Of a DNA stretch of 64,000 nt, positions 19,183-29,533 are shown one piece after another (the stretch's first letter is position 1; each line of letters starts with the position of its first letter). The position numbers and the translations under genes are program-made. The notes under the pieces were generated by a model. That model saw only the letters and a list, made by a program, of their open reading frames with translations, searched no databases and was not told where the DNA came from. Origin of the DNA: an uncultured Gammaproteobacteria bacterium (GTDB lineage Bacteria; Pseudomonadota; Gammaproteobacteria; UBA9214); assembly GCA_963768415.1 (NCBI GenBank), contig CAVYHX010000033.1, positions 2,306-66,305 of the forward strand. The letters run 5' to 3'.

Positions 19183-19961
19183 GGTCAGTCTCAGCAGGAA
19201 AGCGAACGGTGGCGGGACCCAGCCCGCGAGCACCAGCAGTATCAGTACACCCAGCCCGAGGAACACCCAGAAGATCAGCTTCTCGATACGCCACAGGGTG
19301 CGGCGCGAGAAGCGTGATCCGACCCCCCATTTGACCGCCAGCCGGTACAGTCCGACGCCGGCATGGAACTCGACGCACAACAGCAGCACGGCATAGGGCA
19401 CCAGCAACCCGCCCTGCACCCGCGCCATCGACGTGCCGGCCTCGATGCCGGCAATTTCACCGAACAGCGGCGTGAAGATATCCAGTGTCATCAGGATCAG
19501 ATGAAAACTGCCCAGCACCAGCATCACCATGCCCGTACGCACCTGCCAGATCCACAGCCACGATTCGAGGTGCGGCCGCAACCGGGGATCGCCCGGCGTG
19601 ACACCGGGCCAGTCGGCCGGCGCGGCACGCAGGCGGCGCGCCAGGGCAAACATTTCCCGGCGTTCGCGCAGCTGGGCGGGAATCTTGCGGCTGGCAAAGA
19701 CCGCATGAACGAGGAACAGCGCCAGGATGACGACAATCGTCGGCTGGGCGATGTAGACGCCTCCAGCCCGCCGGCCAGCCAGTCGAAACCGCGCTGGCCA
19801 AACAGGATCGAACCGACCAGGAACATGTGGCCCCACATGAACACCGCCAGGACGAGTCCGCTGGCGCCGCTGATCAGCTCATAGACAAGCTGACGCGATG
19901 TGTCACTGGCCGCCGCAGTGGAGATTGTTGACGGAATTGCCGGGCTGACCCTGCGCATCAA
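19183..19961 (-). pseudogene. membrane anchor (cytochrome b-type) subunit of the dehydrogenase/reductase; one frame break near 19760 and no in-frame stop before frdA
   Basis: Five hydrophobic helices with conserved His (FMWGHMF, GSFHLILM, CVEFHAGVGLY) across ORFs 19524-19961 and 17743-19836. Gene order is C-A-B. Confidence 0.6.
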
Positions 19962-20030
19962 TTTTCCTGCGCCCTGCCCGCAGTCATGGCGGCGTGCTTT
20001 TCAGTGCGTGTGCAATCGAGGCGCATGCAC

Positions 20031-20438
20031 CTAGCGATCCGACAGGACGGTGCAAATCACCCTGCGCTCCGCGCGCGGTCCGTCGAACTCGCAAAAGAAG
20101 ATATTCTGCCATGTGGACAGGCCCGGCTCGCCGTTAATTACAGGAATGGTCTCGGAAGGTCCGACAAAGCCTGATTTAAGATGCGCATCTCCATTGCCGT
20201 CCTGCGCGTCATGCAGCCATACGCCCCTGGGAATGAGTTTCTGGAGAAACTGTATGACATCGGTCTGCACGCTCTCGTCCCAGTTCTCCTGGATCATCGT
20301 TGCCGCTGTAGCACCCTGTGCATATACGCTCACCAGCCCGTCCCGTACGCCGCTCTTTTGCACTATGGCCTTGACCTGGTCCGTTATATCTACAAGTTCT
20401 TCACGCCGGCCGGTGCGTAGGGTAATCATCTCGCGCAT
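20031..20438 (-). CDS. yjbQ: YjbQ/UPF0047 family protein
   Basis: Intact 135-aa ORF with the family-typical ELVDITDQV...VYAQGATAA...ENWD...DGNGDAHLKS pattern. Confidence 0.8.
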   Translation of the reverse strand: MREMITLRTGRREELVDITDQVKAIVQKSGVRDGLVSVYAQGATAATMIQENWDESVQTDVIQFLQKLIPRGVWLHDAQDGNGDAHLKSGFVGPSETIPVINGEPGLSTWQNIFFCEFDGPRAERRVICTVLSDR

Positions 20439-20499
20439 GAAGCGATACTCTCAGGATGTCTGCGGCGACCGCAAGCCCGACCGTAACATCTCATTTCCC

Positions 20500-21888
20500 T
20501 TACAATTCCAGCCGGTCACCGGGTTCGGGGATATCGGCATTCAGCCCCAGGTCGTGTTCGAGCTTGTCGCGGAACGCCGCCTTGGATTCCGGTCCGCCGT
20601 GCACGACATGCACCCGGGGCTTGTTGCGGAAGTTGCCCATCCAGCGCATCAGATCATCGATGTCAGCGTGCGCCGACAGGCCACCGACGGTGTGTATTTT
20701 CGCGCGTACCGGGTACTCGTCGCCGTATATCCTGACAACAGGTACGCCATCCACGAGCTTGCGGCCCAGGGTACCAAATGCCTGGTAGCCGACGATCATG
20801 ACATGGGCGCCCTTGCGCGAAATATTATGCCTGAGGTGATGCACTATGCGGCCGCCGGTACACATACCACTGGCCGCGATTATAATGGCGCCGCTCTTGA
20901 TCTGGTTGATCGCCATCGAGTCTTCCGACGATTCACTGATATGCAAATTCCTCAAGTGCGGCATTTCATTGACTTCGTGCCGCAGCTTGGTGGCCTCCTC
21001 GTCATACAACTGCGGATAGTCCCAGTAGACCTTGCTTGCCTTGATGGCCATGGGGCTGTCGAGAAATACCTCCCAGCGATCCAGTTCCCATTCATCGTAG
21101 TATTTTCCGAAGTAATAGAGAATTTCCTGGGTACGACCGACCGCGAAGGCAGGAATCAGCAGATTGCCGCGCTCGTGGCGTGCAGCACTGATTATGTCAC
21201 CGATTTCACTGAGGGTGTCCTGCCGGTCGCGATGCCGCCGGTTCCCGTAGGTACTCTCAACCAGGACATGATCAGCCTCCTCGATAACGGCAGGATCATT
21301 CAGGATCGGCGAGTCGTACTGGCCCAGATCGCCACTGAAGACGACCTTGCGCTCCTTGCCATTCTCGCTCAGCCAGACCTCGACGTTGCATGAACCCAGA
21401 ATATGACCGGCATCCTGGAAACGGATGCTGATACCCGGAAGAATTTCGGTTTTTTCCCGGTAACGCAGGCCCACCAGATTTTCAAACACCTGACGGGCGT
21501 CTTCTATTGTGTACAGTGGCTCGATCAGCGCTTTCTTTTTCCGCTTGCGCCACTTGTTCTCGTATTCCGCATCACGTTCCTGCAGGTACGCCGCATCCTG
21601 CAGCATGATTTTGCACAGGTCACAGGTCGCGCGCTGGGCATAGATCGGGCCACTGTAACCCTGCCTGACCAGCAGCGGGATACGTCCCGAGTGGTCGATG
21701 TGCGCGTGACTGAGCACAACAGCGCTGATTTCATCGGGCGCAAACGGAAATGGTTTCCGGTTATTTGCCTCATCCTCCCTGCGCCCCTGGATCAGTCCGC
21801 AATCAAGCAGGATCAGCTGATCATTGACGCGCAGTATATGGCAGGAACCCGTTATGCCACCGGTGGCACCGTAAAATTCAATATGCAT
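20500..21888 (-). CDS. MBL-fold beta-CASP ribonuclease (RNase J/CPSF-like)
   Basis: Intact 462-aa ORF. HAHIDHSG motif, DAGHILGS, ESTYG, and the C-terminal beta-CASP/RMMBL region (GGLSAHAD). Confidence 0.85.
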   Translation of the reverse strand: MHIEFYGATGGITGSCHILRVNDQLILLDCGLIQGRREDEANNRKPFPFAPDEISAVVLSHAHIDHSGRIPLLVRQGYSGPIYAQRATCDLCKIMLQDAAYLQERDAEYENKWRKRKKKALIEPLYTIEDARQVFENLVGLRYREKTEILPGISIRFQDAGHILGSCNVEVWLSENGKERKVVFSGDLGQYDSPILNDPAVIEEADHVLVESTYGNRRHRDRQDTLSEIGDIISAARHERGNLLIPAFAVGRTQEILYYFGKYYDEWELDRWEVFLDSPMAIKASKVYWDYPQLYDEEATKLRHEVNEMPHLRNLHISESSEDSMAINQIKSGAIIIAASGMCTGGRIVHHLRHNISRKGAHVMIVGYQAFGTLGRKLVDGVPVVRIYGDEYPVRAKIHTVGGLSAHADIDDLMRWMGNFRNKPRVHVVHGGPESKAAFRDKLEHDLGLNADIPEPGDRLEL

Positions 21889-21941
21889 GGTTTTTATGGG
21901 TTTCGTTAAACGGATATCAGTGCTCTGGATATTAACACTAT

Positions 21942-22568
21942 CTATTCCCCGTAGATAACATGCTCGCTCCAGTTCCAGGTCTTGAGCGGCGTCTTGCCGG
22001 ACAGCGCGAATACCTCGACGCTCATCTCCGGCAAGCGCAATATCGCGCAGGTATGATTGAATGCGGTACTGCCCGGGTTCACCACCAGGATACGCCCCAA
22101 CTGCGCGGCGAAAACCTGGTGGGTATGCCCGACCACCAGTACATCACAGGCGCAGCTGCGCAGGGTCTCCGTCCATAGCGCGAGCCGGTCAGGCAGCGGC
22201 TCGCCCTGCTGGTCCAGCAACTTGATACCGCCATTGCAGGCATCAGGCGGCCGCGCGTGCACCATGTAAAGACGCTTCCCTTCTATGGTGACATCCAGTG
22301 TCGCGGGTAACTCCCGGAGATACCGCAGTGTCGGAGTGTCTGCATCCTCTCCGGCTTGTTCCAGGTGCATCATTTCATGATTGCCGCGGATAGTCCGGCA
22401 ACCGCTGTCTATCAGCAGTGCCACGGTTTCATCCAGGCGCTCGCCATAGCCGGCGATGTCCCCGGCGCACAGGATGTGCTCCACCCCTTCCCGGCGAAAT
22501 ATCGACAGGGCCTCCGCCACCGGGGCGGGGGTTGCGTGTATATCACTGATCAGACCTACAAGCGCCAT
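21942..22568 (-). CDS. YfcE-like metallophosphoesterase
   Basis: Motifs ISDIHA, AGDIAGYG, GNHE, GHTH. The likely start is MALVGLISDIH (22568) rather than the ORF-track start at 22616. Confidence 0.8.
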   Translation of the reverse strand: MALVGLISDIHATPAPVAEALSIFRREGVEHILCAGDIAGYGERLDETVALLIDSGCRTIRGNHEMMHLEQAGEDADTPTLRYLRELPATLDVTIEGKRLYMVHARPPDACNGGIKLLDQQGEPLPDRLALWTETLRSCACDVLVVGHTHQVFAAQLGRILVVNPGSTAFNHTCAILRLPEMSVEVFALSGKTPLKTWNWSEHVIYGE

Positions 22569-22717
22569 GCCGGCTGCACCGTTTACTAAACCACGCCGTG
22601 CTCCAGTGTAGCCCATTCCACAGCAGGTCTCATGCGCGCAATATTCGGCAAATGTGCTGTGTATATTGGATACAGGACTGCCAACCGCGGGTTGCCGATG
22701 CTGTGAATGACAGAACG

Positions 22718-23200
22718 CTAGTTGCGTTGCTCAAGCTGCTTGATGCGCTGTTCCAGTTTCCTGATTTTTTCGGCATCGGAATCTGCACCGGGAGCAACAT
22801 AGGTCGGAGTCGGGGCACTGCCATAGCCGGGACTGCCTCCGTAACCGGGCGCTCCGCCATAACCATAGCCGGGACTGCCCCCGTAGCCGGGCGCCCCGCC
22901 ATAACCGTAGCCGGGATTGCCACCGTAACCGCCGCCGTAACCGGGCGCTCCACCATAGCCATAGCCGGGACCACCGCCGTAACCGGGCGCCCCGCCATAA
23001 CCGTAACCGGGACCACCGCCGTAACCATAGCCGGGACCGCCGCCGTAATAGTCGTCATCATCATCGCGATCATTACCGCCACCCCCCCACTTGGATGGAT
23101 TCATCATATTGCCCATATCGAATGCGCTTGCCGCGCCGGCAAGCAGCATACCGGCCGCAGCCATTAATACACCGCTGTATTTTATCGTCTTGTTTGTCAC
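22718..23200 (-). CDS. secreted Gly/Tyr-rich repeat protein (sulfur-globule-protein-like), C-terminal coiled tail
   Basis: GTG at 23200 is preceded by AGGAGG 8 nt upstream. Signal peptide VTNKTIKYSGVLMAAAGMLLAGAASA. About eight repeats of GGAPGYGG(S/G)PGYGY (42-bp DNA period). The tail is EKIRKLEQRIKQLEQRN. Confidence 0.7.
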   Translation of the reverse strand: MTNKTIKYSGVLMAAAGMLLAGAASAFDMGNMMNPSKWGGGGNDRDDDDDYYGGGPGYGYGGGPGYGYGGAPGYGGGPGYGYGGAPGYGGGYGGNPGYGYGGAPGYGGSPGYGYGGAPGYGGSPGYGSAPTPTYVAPGADSDAEKIRKLEQRIKQLEQRN

Positions 23201-23351
23201 TGTACTGATCCTCCTGTGCGTGAGGGAACTTCCCCGGGCAAACGATACCACACGCACCGCGGCGCAGGTCCAAAATCCCGGAAAATGCATCGAACCGGGG
23301 AGTCCCGGCCTGCAGGATGCAGGGCTGAGCCACCGGCGCACGCCATGCGGG

Positions 23352-23387
23352 CATAAAAAAACCCTGATGATGCGCACCACCAGGGTT
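23352..23387 (-). terminator. rho-independent terminator
   Basis: Stem aaaccctg/cagggttt around a 14-nt loop, followed on the minus strand by a run of seven T. It lies downstream of the IMPase-family gene. Confidence 0.6.
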
Positions 23388-23508
23388 TTCACCGGCCTTT
23401 GCCGGGCATGTATTACCTGGCGATGACCTTCTTGATCATCCCGATCACCGCCATAACTACGCCACTGCCGACACCGCCCGGGGAACAGAAGTTCTGACCA
23501 AAGTTAAT

Positions 23509-24306
23509 TCACGGCATTACGTCGACACCCAGCCACCGGGTCCAGGCTGCGAACAACGCTGCGTCAACGGCAGCAACCGACGAGCGCGGCGTCAGCGTAC
23601 GAGCGAAGACAGGTTCACCTGTCAGTGTTGTGGAATAACCGCCAGCTGCATGAAAAATAAAATTACCGGCTGCGTAGTCCCAGATATTCGAACGCCCATG
23701 CAGATAGATATGACTGCGTCCCGCAGCCAGCCAGCACCAGTCCAGCGCCACTGATCCGAAGCTGCGTTGCGAGGCATACGGGATGTCACTGACGAGGCGC
23801 ACGGCAAGCGGCCTGTCCAGGCGCTTGAAGTCTATCAGGGCAGTTGTCTGCCCAAGTTCAAGTCCCGATTCAGGCGCTGTCAGTGGCCTGTTATTCAGAA
23901 ACGCGCCCTGGCCACTGCCGGCGGCAAAGCACTCGTCGCGCACCGGGTCATAGACGATACCCAGCTGCACCCCGCCCTGCTGTATCAGGGCCAGCGACGT
24001 GCAGAAATAGGGAATGCCGGTGGCGAAGTTGCTGGTACCATCCAGCGGATCGAGACACCACACCGGTACATCCGCCGCCAGCAATCCAGCCTGCTCGGCA
24101 GGCGTCATCTCCTCGCCAAGAAATACCGTCTCCGGCCATTGCTGCTGCAATTGCCGTGCAAGCCGTTCCTGCACGGCCAGGTCGGCCTCGGTAAGTACAC
24201 TCCCGTCACGCTTGTGCATACGCTCTACCCGTGCGAAACGCGGCAGCAGCTCCTCCCGCGCGGCAGCGACAATCATCTCCTGTAATAGAGCAAGGGAAAA
24301 AGTCAT
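23509..24306 (-). CDS. inositol monophosphatase family protein (SuhB/CysQ-like)
   Basis: Intact 265-aa ORF with EEM..., WCLDPLDGTSNF and WDYAAG motifs. Confidence 0.85.
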   Translation of the reverse strand: MTFSLALLQEMIVAAAREELLPRFARVERMHKRDGSVLTEADLAVQERLARQLQQQWPETVFLGEEMTPAEQAGLLAADVPVWCLDPLDGTSNFATGIPYFCTSLALIQQGGVQLGIVYDPVRDECFAAGSGQGAFLNNRPLTAPESGLELGQTTALIDFKRLDRPLAVRLVSDIPYASQRSFGSVALDWCWLAAGRSHIYLHGRSNIWDYAAGNFIFHAAGGYSTTLTGEPVFARTLTPRSSVAAVDAALFAAWTRWLGVDVMP

Positions 24307-24452
24307 CGGTCAGTACACCATCAATTCAACTTGTCGGCAGTATCGCTCATATACCCGGACTTGTGTCAATAGCGCCGGTCATTGCAGTATGTGTTGCAAT
24401 CGCATCGCTGCCTGCAGTCACAGGCAGGCACCCGCGCAGCCGGTGATACATG

Positions 24453-25367
24453 CTAGTAAACTCCTGCATAACGCAGTCCGATCAGCACCAGCACAATACA
24501 TAAAAACGCGCGCAGGCCGTTTTCGGGAATATATTTGCTCACCGCCGGCCCGATGACAGAGCCTGCCACAACACCGGTCATGAGGATGCCCAGCAGCGGG
24601 TAGTCCAGTTCGATACCCAGGCGCACGTAATTGCTGATCGAGGTGATCGAATGAATTGCAATTGCCAATGCCGAGGTACCCGCAATCACGTACATCGGCA
24701 GACGCATCACGATACTCATGAACGGCACCAGCAAAAACCCGCCGCCAACACCCAGCGCGGAGGATAATACCGCAATGCCCATACCGGTGAAAAACGGCAG
24801 CCAGGGGTTAAAACCGAATTCTTCGGCGCCAAACCGGAATGCGAAGCGGCGCAGTGATGCCTGCATGCATTCCACGCCCATATCACACAGGTCACCGCCG
24901 CTTTTCACGTGGCGCTCGAAGTTCTCTGCCGCCTGCATCGTCCGGGTGAGCACGGCCGTTGCGGCATTGGTGCGCACTATTTGCCAGGCAAGCTGGGCGG
25001 CAATGAAAAATACCAGCACGGCAAACACGGGTTTGAACACCGACATGTCGGACAGCAGATTCACGGAAATACTGCTACCCAGCAGCGCGCCCAGCACGCC
25101 GCCCGCACCCAGCAGAAACGCCAGCCGGTAAACCACACGGCACTGGCGCATGTACAGGGGCACTGCAATCAGGGGTGTCACCAGTGTCAGGGCCTGGGCC
25201 ATCGGCTTGACCAGATTGGGATCCTGCAGGCCGAAAACCGAAATCAGCCCCACTGAGGCAAGGATACCGCCGGCTGCGCCCACGGTTGAGAAGACAAACC
25301 CGACCAGCCCGCCCCAGGCCAGCAACATCCAGACAGAGACCGTGATATCGGCTATTTCGAAGTGCAC
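24453..25367 (-). CDS. TauE/SafE (DUF81) family anion exporter
   Basis: Intact 304-aa polytopic membrane ORF. Two internally repeated halves each carry a G-rich helix (VGAAGGIL; LGVGGGFLLVP). Confidence 0.75.
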   Translation of the reverse strand: MHFEIADITVSVWMLLAWGGLVGFVFSTVGAAGGILASVGLISVFGLQDPNLVKPMAQALTLVTPLIAVPLYMRQCRVVYRLAFLLGAGGVLGALLGSSISVNLLSDMSVFKPVFAVLVFFIAAQLAWQIVRTNAATAVLTRTMQAAENFERHVKSGGDLCDMGVECMQASLRRFAFRFGAEEFGFNPWLPFFTGMGIAVLSSALGVGGGFLLVPFMSIVMRLPMYVIAGTSALAIAIHSITSISNYVRLGIELDYPLLGILMTGVVAGSVIGPAVSKYIPENGLRAFLCIVLVLIGLRYAGVY

Positions 25368-25521
25368 AGGGAACTCCCGTTGTTCACAAGGCGACCTCTT
25401 CCAGGGGCTGAGGTCTGATTAATTCGTCATTGTGACGATTGCATGGACGATGCACAAGGATGTGCAAGTGTGGCGCGAGGCAGATAAAGGTGAGACCGGG
25501 AAACCGGTCAAGTTGTTCCTG

Positions 25522-25704
25522 CGCAGGTTGGACACAGGAGCGTAGCGACGTGCCCGGTATGGCGGAACAAATTGTTGGGCACGCTGCCAAAATAATACAT
25601 TTTCTTACAGCCTGGCCTTGCGTAGGTTGGGCAAAGGAGCGTAGCGACGTGCCCAACATGGCGGACCAAAATGTTGGGCACGCTCCGCTTTGCCCAACCT
25701 ACGC
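25522..25704. repeat. REP family C doublet (gtaggttgggcaaaggagcgtagcgacgtgcccaac type)
   Basis: 25620-25704 forms a long nested hairpin: gcgtaggttgggcaaaggagcg...gtgcccaacat / atgttgggcac...cgctttgcccaacctacgc. A degenerate copy lies at 25522-25600 and a third at 39883-39925. Confidence 0.7.
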
Positions 25705-25811
25705 ATATTGGTATACCCTGGGCAATTACCCACCCCCACCCAACAACCCCGGCACCTGCGCGCGCGATGACAGGAATATTTCAATACATCTGCGCTTCCC
25801 TGGCATATATA

Positions 25812-25849
25812 CCCCCTCTCCCTCCGGGAGAGGGCTGGGGAGAGGGGGT
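25812..25849. repeat. short palindromic repeat (ccccctctcc...ggagaggggg)
   Basis: ccccctctccctccgggagagggctggggagaggggg read directly. The outer 10-bp arms are complementary. Confidence 0.5.
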
Positions 25850-25986
25850 CAATAAAGTTACTGTCTTTATTTGTCGCCTCATCCTGTTTTTCTCCCGGGG
25901 GAGAGAAGGAACCTGCTTTTCCGGCTGTAGCGATTTACCATTATTCCATAGCCCGGATTAAGCGCAGCAGAATCCGTACCAGCCAG

Positions 25987-27396
25987 CTACCCTGCCCAGG
26001 CCGGCATACGCTCGACGTCGATCCCGAAAACCGGCACCGCGATGAACCAGGTTGCGAGCGTGATCATGCCAATCGCAGCCAGATTGATGATGAACCCCGT
26101 CGTGATCATATCCCGAATCTTCAGGTTGCCGGATGCGAAAACAATTGCATTCGGCGGGGTGGCAATCGGCATCATGAACGCCATCGATGCCGACAGCGTC
26201 ACCGGTATCATCAGTAACAGCGGGTTGATATCTATCGCCCGCGCGACCGATGCGACCAGCGGCAGCAGCATCTCGGCCGTTGCTGTATTCGAGGTCACCT
26301 CGGTGAGAAAAACGACGCTGGCTGATACCCCCGCCACCAGTGCCATCGGATCCAGCGTCTGCATGTCGATAAACTGCTGACCAATGAATTTAGCCAGGCC
26401 ACTGGCGGTAAACCCCATGGCCAGCGCGAATCCGCCGCCGAATAACAGCACGATATTCCAGGGCAGCCGGGCAATGACTTCATTATCTGCAATACGCGTG
26501 TACTGCGACCTGTCCCGGGACGGGATGCTGAACAGCGCCAGGGCGGCGGCGACTGCAACGGTCCCGTCATTGACCAGCCCTGCGTTGGCAAACAGGTTCG
26601 ACCAGCCCGGAATGACCAGCTCGCCGATGATGATGTCCGTGCGAAACATCCAGGCCAGTGCCGTGAGCGCAAACACCACCGCAACCACCTTCTCCTCATA
26701 ATTCATTGGCTTGTCCTGCGCTGCGTGAATGTCATCGCTGGAAAACCGCAACGTGGAAAATCCCCTGCCGGTATAGCGCCAGGCAATCACCAGCCAGCAG
26801 CTAACGAGCAGCACGGCAGATAACGGTAACGCGAATATCAACCATTGGGCAAAGGTGATCTCGGGTGCCGCCGGAAAGGTAATCGCGAAAATACGCTGCA
26901 TGGCCAGGTTGGGTGGCGTGCCTATCAGGGTGCTAACACCACCGATGGAGCAGGCATAGGCAATGCCCAGCATCATGGCGGTCAGCAGGCCCTGCCGGTG
27001 CCGCTCATCGAGCTGGTCGGCGGTGCGCGCGTAGACCGCCAGGCCGATGGGCAGCAGCATGGTGGCGGTTGCCGTGTTCGATATCCACATCGACAAGCCC
27101 GCGCTGGTCACCATAAAACCCAGCACCATGAAGCGCGCACTGCCATGGAACCAGCCGATTACACGCAGGGCGATGCGCGTATGCAGGTTCCAGCGCTGCA
27201 TGGACAGTGCCAGCACAAAACCGCCGATGAACAGGAAGATGGTGGAATTCATGTAGACCGCGGCCACCTCCTTTCCGGACGAGATGCCGAGCGCGGGAAA
27301 CAGCACCAGCGGCACCAGCGCGGTCGCCGCCAGCGGCAGCGCTTCAAAGATCCACCACACCACCATCAGGCCGGCCACCGCGGCCATATTGGCCAC
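25987..27396 (-). CDS. DASS/SLC13 family sodium-coupled anion (sulfate/dicarboxylate) symporter
   Basis: 469-aa ORF with ISNTATATMLLPI and TSNTATAEMLLPL hairpin motifs. The frame stays open and TM-like for about 30 more codons upstream (FGFFLGPVVFALLRFIP) without an ATG or GTG, so the true start is unclear. Confidence 0.85.
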   Translation of the reverse strand: MANMAAVAGLMVVWWIFEALPLAATALVPLVLFPALGISSGKEVAAVYMNSTIFLFIGGFVLALSMQRWNLHTRIALRVIGWFHGSARFMVLGFMVTSAGLSMWISNTATATMLLPIGLAVYARTADQLDERHRQGLLTAMMLGIAYACSIGGVSTLIGTPPNLAMQRIFAITFPAAPEITFAQWLIFALPLSAVLLVSCWLVIAWRYTGRGFSTLRFSSDDIHAAQDKPMNYEEKVVAVVFALTALAWMFRTDIIIGELVIPGWSNLFANAGLVNDGTVAVAAALALFSIPSRDRSQYTRIADNEVIARLPWNIVLLFGGGFALAMGFTASGLAKFIGQQFIDMQTLDPMALVAGVSASVVFLTEVTSNTATAEMLLPLVASVARAIDINPLLLMIPVTLSASMAFMMPIATPPNAIVFASGNLKIRDMITTGFIINLAAIGMITLATWFIAVPVFGIDVERMPAWAG

Positions 27397-27481
27397 GCTT
27401 GCGGACGGAAAATCAGGTATAAACCGCAGCAGGGCAAATACGACCGGTCCCAGAAAGAAACCGAACTGTGAGGAATTGAAG

Positions 27482-27997
27482 CTAATCGGCGTGTCTCGCG
27501 AATGACGCAGCCATGATTACCAGGGCGGCCAACAGCAACACGCCGGACATGACCAGCAGGGCTTCCGCCATGGTAATGCCAAATAACAGCTCGGGTGTAT
27601 ATCCACAGGATGTTTCGACACGGAACACGGCTGGAAACCATTCATCCAGTGCAAGCCAGGCCGGCAGACCCAGGTCGAATCCGCAATCACCGTACAAAAA
27701 TCCGCGCTCGGTACCTAACAGTTGCCAGGAACGCTCCAGCAGTCCGGCGAAAATGACAATTGTCAGTAGCTGTGCAAGCCGGTAAAACCACGTACGCCGC
27801 ACCGCCAGCGCAAGCAGCGCCACCACGATCAGGCACAGCACCCAGAGCCGCACCTGGATACACAGGACGCAGGGATCCTCCTTGAATCCATGCTGGTAAA
27901 GTAGCGCGACAGCTTCCATGGACAGGCCCAGGGCCAGCAGTGCCGACCAGTACCATTTGTTTTCCACTACCCGTTTCAATCCGTAAAGCCAGCTCAT
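27482..27997 (-). CDS. dsbB: disulfide bond formation protein B
   Basis: Intact 171-aa ORF with four TM helices, a first-loop CVLC pair and a second Cys pair (CGFD...SCGY). Confidence 0.8.
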   Translation of the reverse strand: MSWLYGLKRVVENKWYWSALLALGLSMEAVALLYQHGFKEDPCVLCIQVRLWVLCLIVVALLALAVRRTWFYRLAQLLTIVIFAGLLERSWQLLGTERGFLYGDCGFDLGLPAWLALDEWFPAVFRVETSCGYTPELLFGITMAEALLVMSGVLLLAALVIMAASFARHAD

Positions 27998-28051
27998 TTT
28001 GTCAACCCTTGTCAGTTCCCGCCGTCATTGTTGAGATGATTGTTACCGGCA

Positions 28052-29414
28052 TTACGGCCAGATACCCCGCATCAGTGTCGCACCGGCGACCCGTTCGATT
28101 GCCGCAACCAGGGCAACGGTGCGCAAATCCAGTGACAGCGCGGACCCATCCGTGCATGGCGTCTCGGCACCCGGCAGCTCCGTACCAACCACAAAAGACT
28201 GCCAGCGGGAAAATACCGTATCAACCGATTTGTAGATCTTGTGTTTCAGCTTCTCATTGATCTCATCGAGATCCCACTGTTCATTGGCATGATTTTGCAC
28301 CCACTCGAAATAGCTGACAGTGACGCCCCCGGCATTGGCGAGGATATCCGGCAACACATGGATGCCCCGCTGCAGCAGAATATCATCCGCCGCCGGCGTG
28401 GTGGGATTGTTGGCCGCCTCCACCACCAGCCGGGCCTTGATGCCCGCAGCATTATCGCCGCGAATCTGGTTACCGATCGCGGCCGGCACGAGAATATCGC
28501 AGTCAACATGCAGCAATTCGTCATTGGTGATGGTCAGGGTATCGGGCATACCGACAACCCTGCCGTTCTCCTGCTTGAATTTCAGGACGTCATCCGGATC
28601 CAATCCCCTGTTCGCTGTATATGCCCCCCTGGCTGTCACTCACCGCGACGATGCGTGCGCCGCGGCGGAAATATTCCTGCGCGGCGACCGAGCCAACATT
28701 GCCAAACCCCTGAATGGCGATTCTTGCTCCGGCAATTTCCTGCTGCTCGGGTATCAGGGCCTTGGTCAGAAACCGCTCCGTCGCGAAGACACAGCCCAGC
28801 CCGGTCGCCTCGACCCGACCCAGTGATCCACCCAGATCGATGGGTTTCCCGGTGACCACCGGGCGGTTGTTCATGCCGTGATGTAACCAGTCATAGGTAT
28901 CGTACATCCAGGCCATGGTCTGTTCGCTGGTATACAGGTCGGGCGCGGGTATATCGGTATTCGGGCCGATGACATCGACCAGTTCGGCGGTGAAACGCCG
29001 GGTAATACGCCGCAATTCCGCCTGACTGAGTTCCTTCGGGTTACAGATGACACCACCCTTGGCGCCGCCGAACGGTATATTCACCAGCGCACATTTCCAC
29101 GTCATCAGGGTAGCCAGCGACGTCACTTCTTCCAGGCTGACATCGGGATGATACCGGATCCCGCCCTTGCCCGGTCCGAAGACGCGGTTATGCACGACAC
29201 GAAAACACCGGAACGATTGCACCGATCCATCATCCAGTTCAACCGGGAAATTTATTATTACAGCGCGTTTCGGTTGCTTCAGAAAGTCGAACAGGCCAGC
29301 CTTCATACCCTTGATGCAGGCAGCCGCCCTGTCGAACTGCTGCTGGCTGATAACTACCGGATCAAGATTCTCCTCACCCGGATCGGATGCGACATCCTGT
29401 GGCGACTCTGTCAT
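28052..29414 (-). pseudogene. Glu/Leu/Phe/Val-type glutamate dehydrogenase, one frame break near 28605
   Basis: GPGKGGIRYHP, FGGAKGG and GFGNVG in ORF 28590-29414; the C-terminal half is in ORF 28052-28639. The junction reads ...GGIYSEQG|LDPDDV... if one G of a GGGG run (coding strand; CCCC at 28605-28608 on plus) is removed. Confidence 0.85.
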
Positions 29415-29533
29415 GATTTTACCTGTGAAGTTGGTGAAACGAGCCTGTCGTAGGGCTCAGTATGCACAATAACCGGCGGTCATGGAAACGCCACGGCACA
29501 CGCATATCAATCACACCCGGTTCCCGTACTGCG

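Noticed and set aside
23400-23508. A short hydrophobic reading frame (…GGVGSGVVMAVIGMIKKVIAR) directly after, and in frame with, the IMPase-family stop codon and before the terminator.
   Set aside because: There is no ATG, GTG or TTG at its 5' end. The only internal ATG gives a 13-aa peptide, and there is no ribosome-binding site. It may merit ribosome-profiling data but cannot be supported from sequence.
27397-27481. A possible additional frame break or missing start at the 5' end of the DASS symporter gene.
   Set aside because: The upstream in-frame sequence looks like a genuine first TM helix but has no canonical start codon before the dsbB stop. This could be a rare start codon or another indel. 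The evidence is too thin to call either, so it is noted only in the feature evidence.
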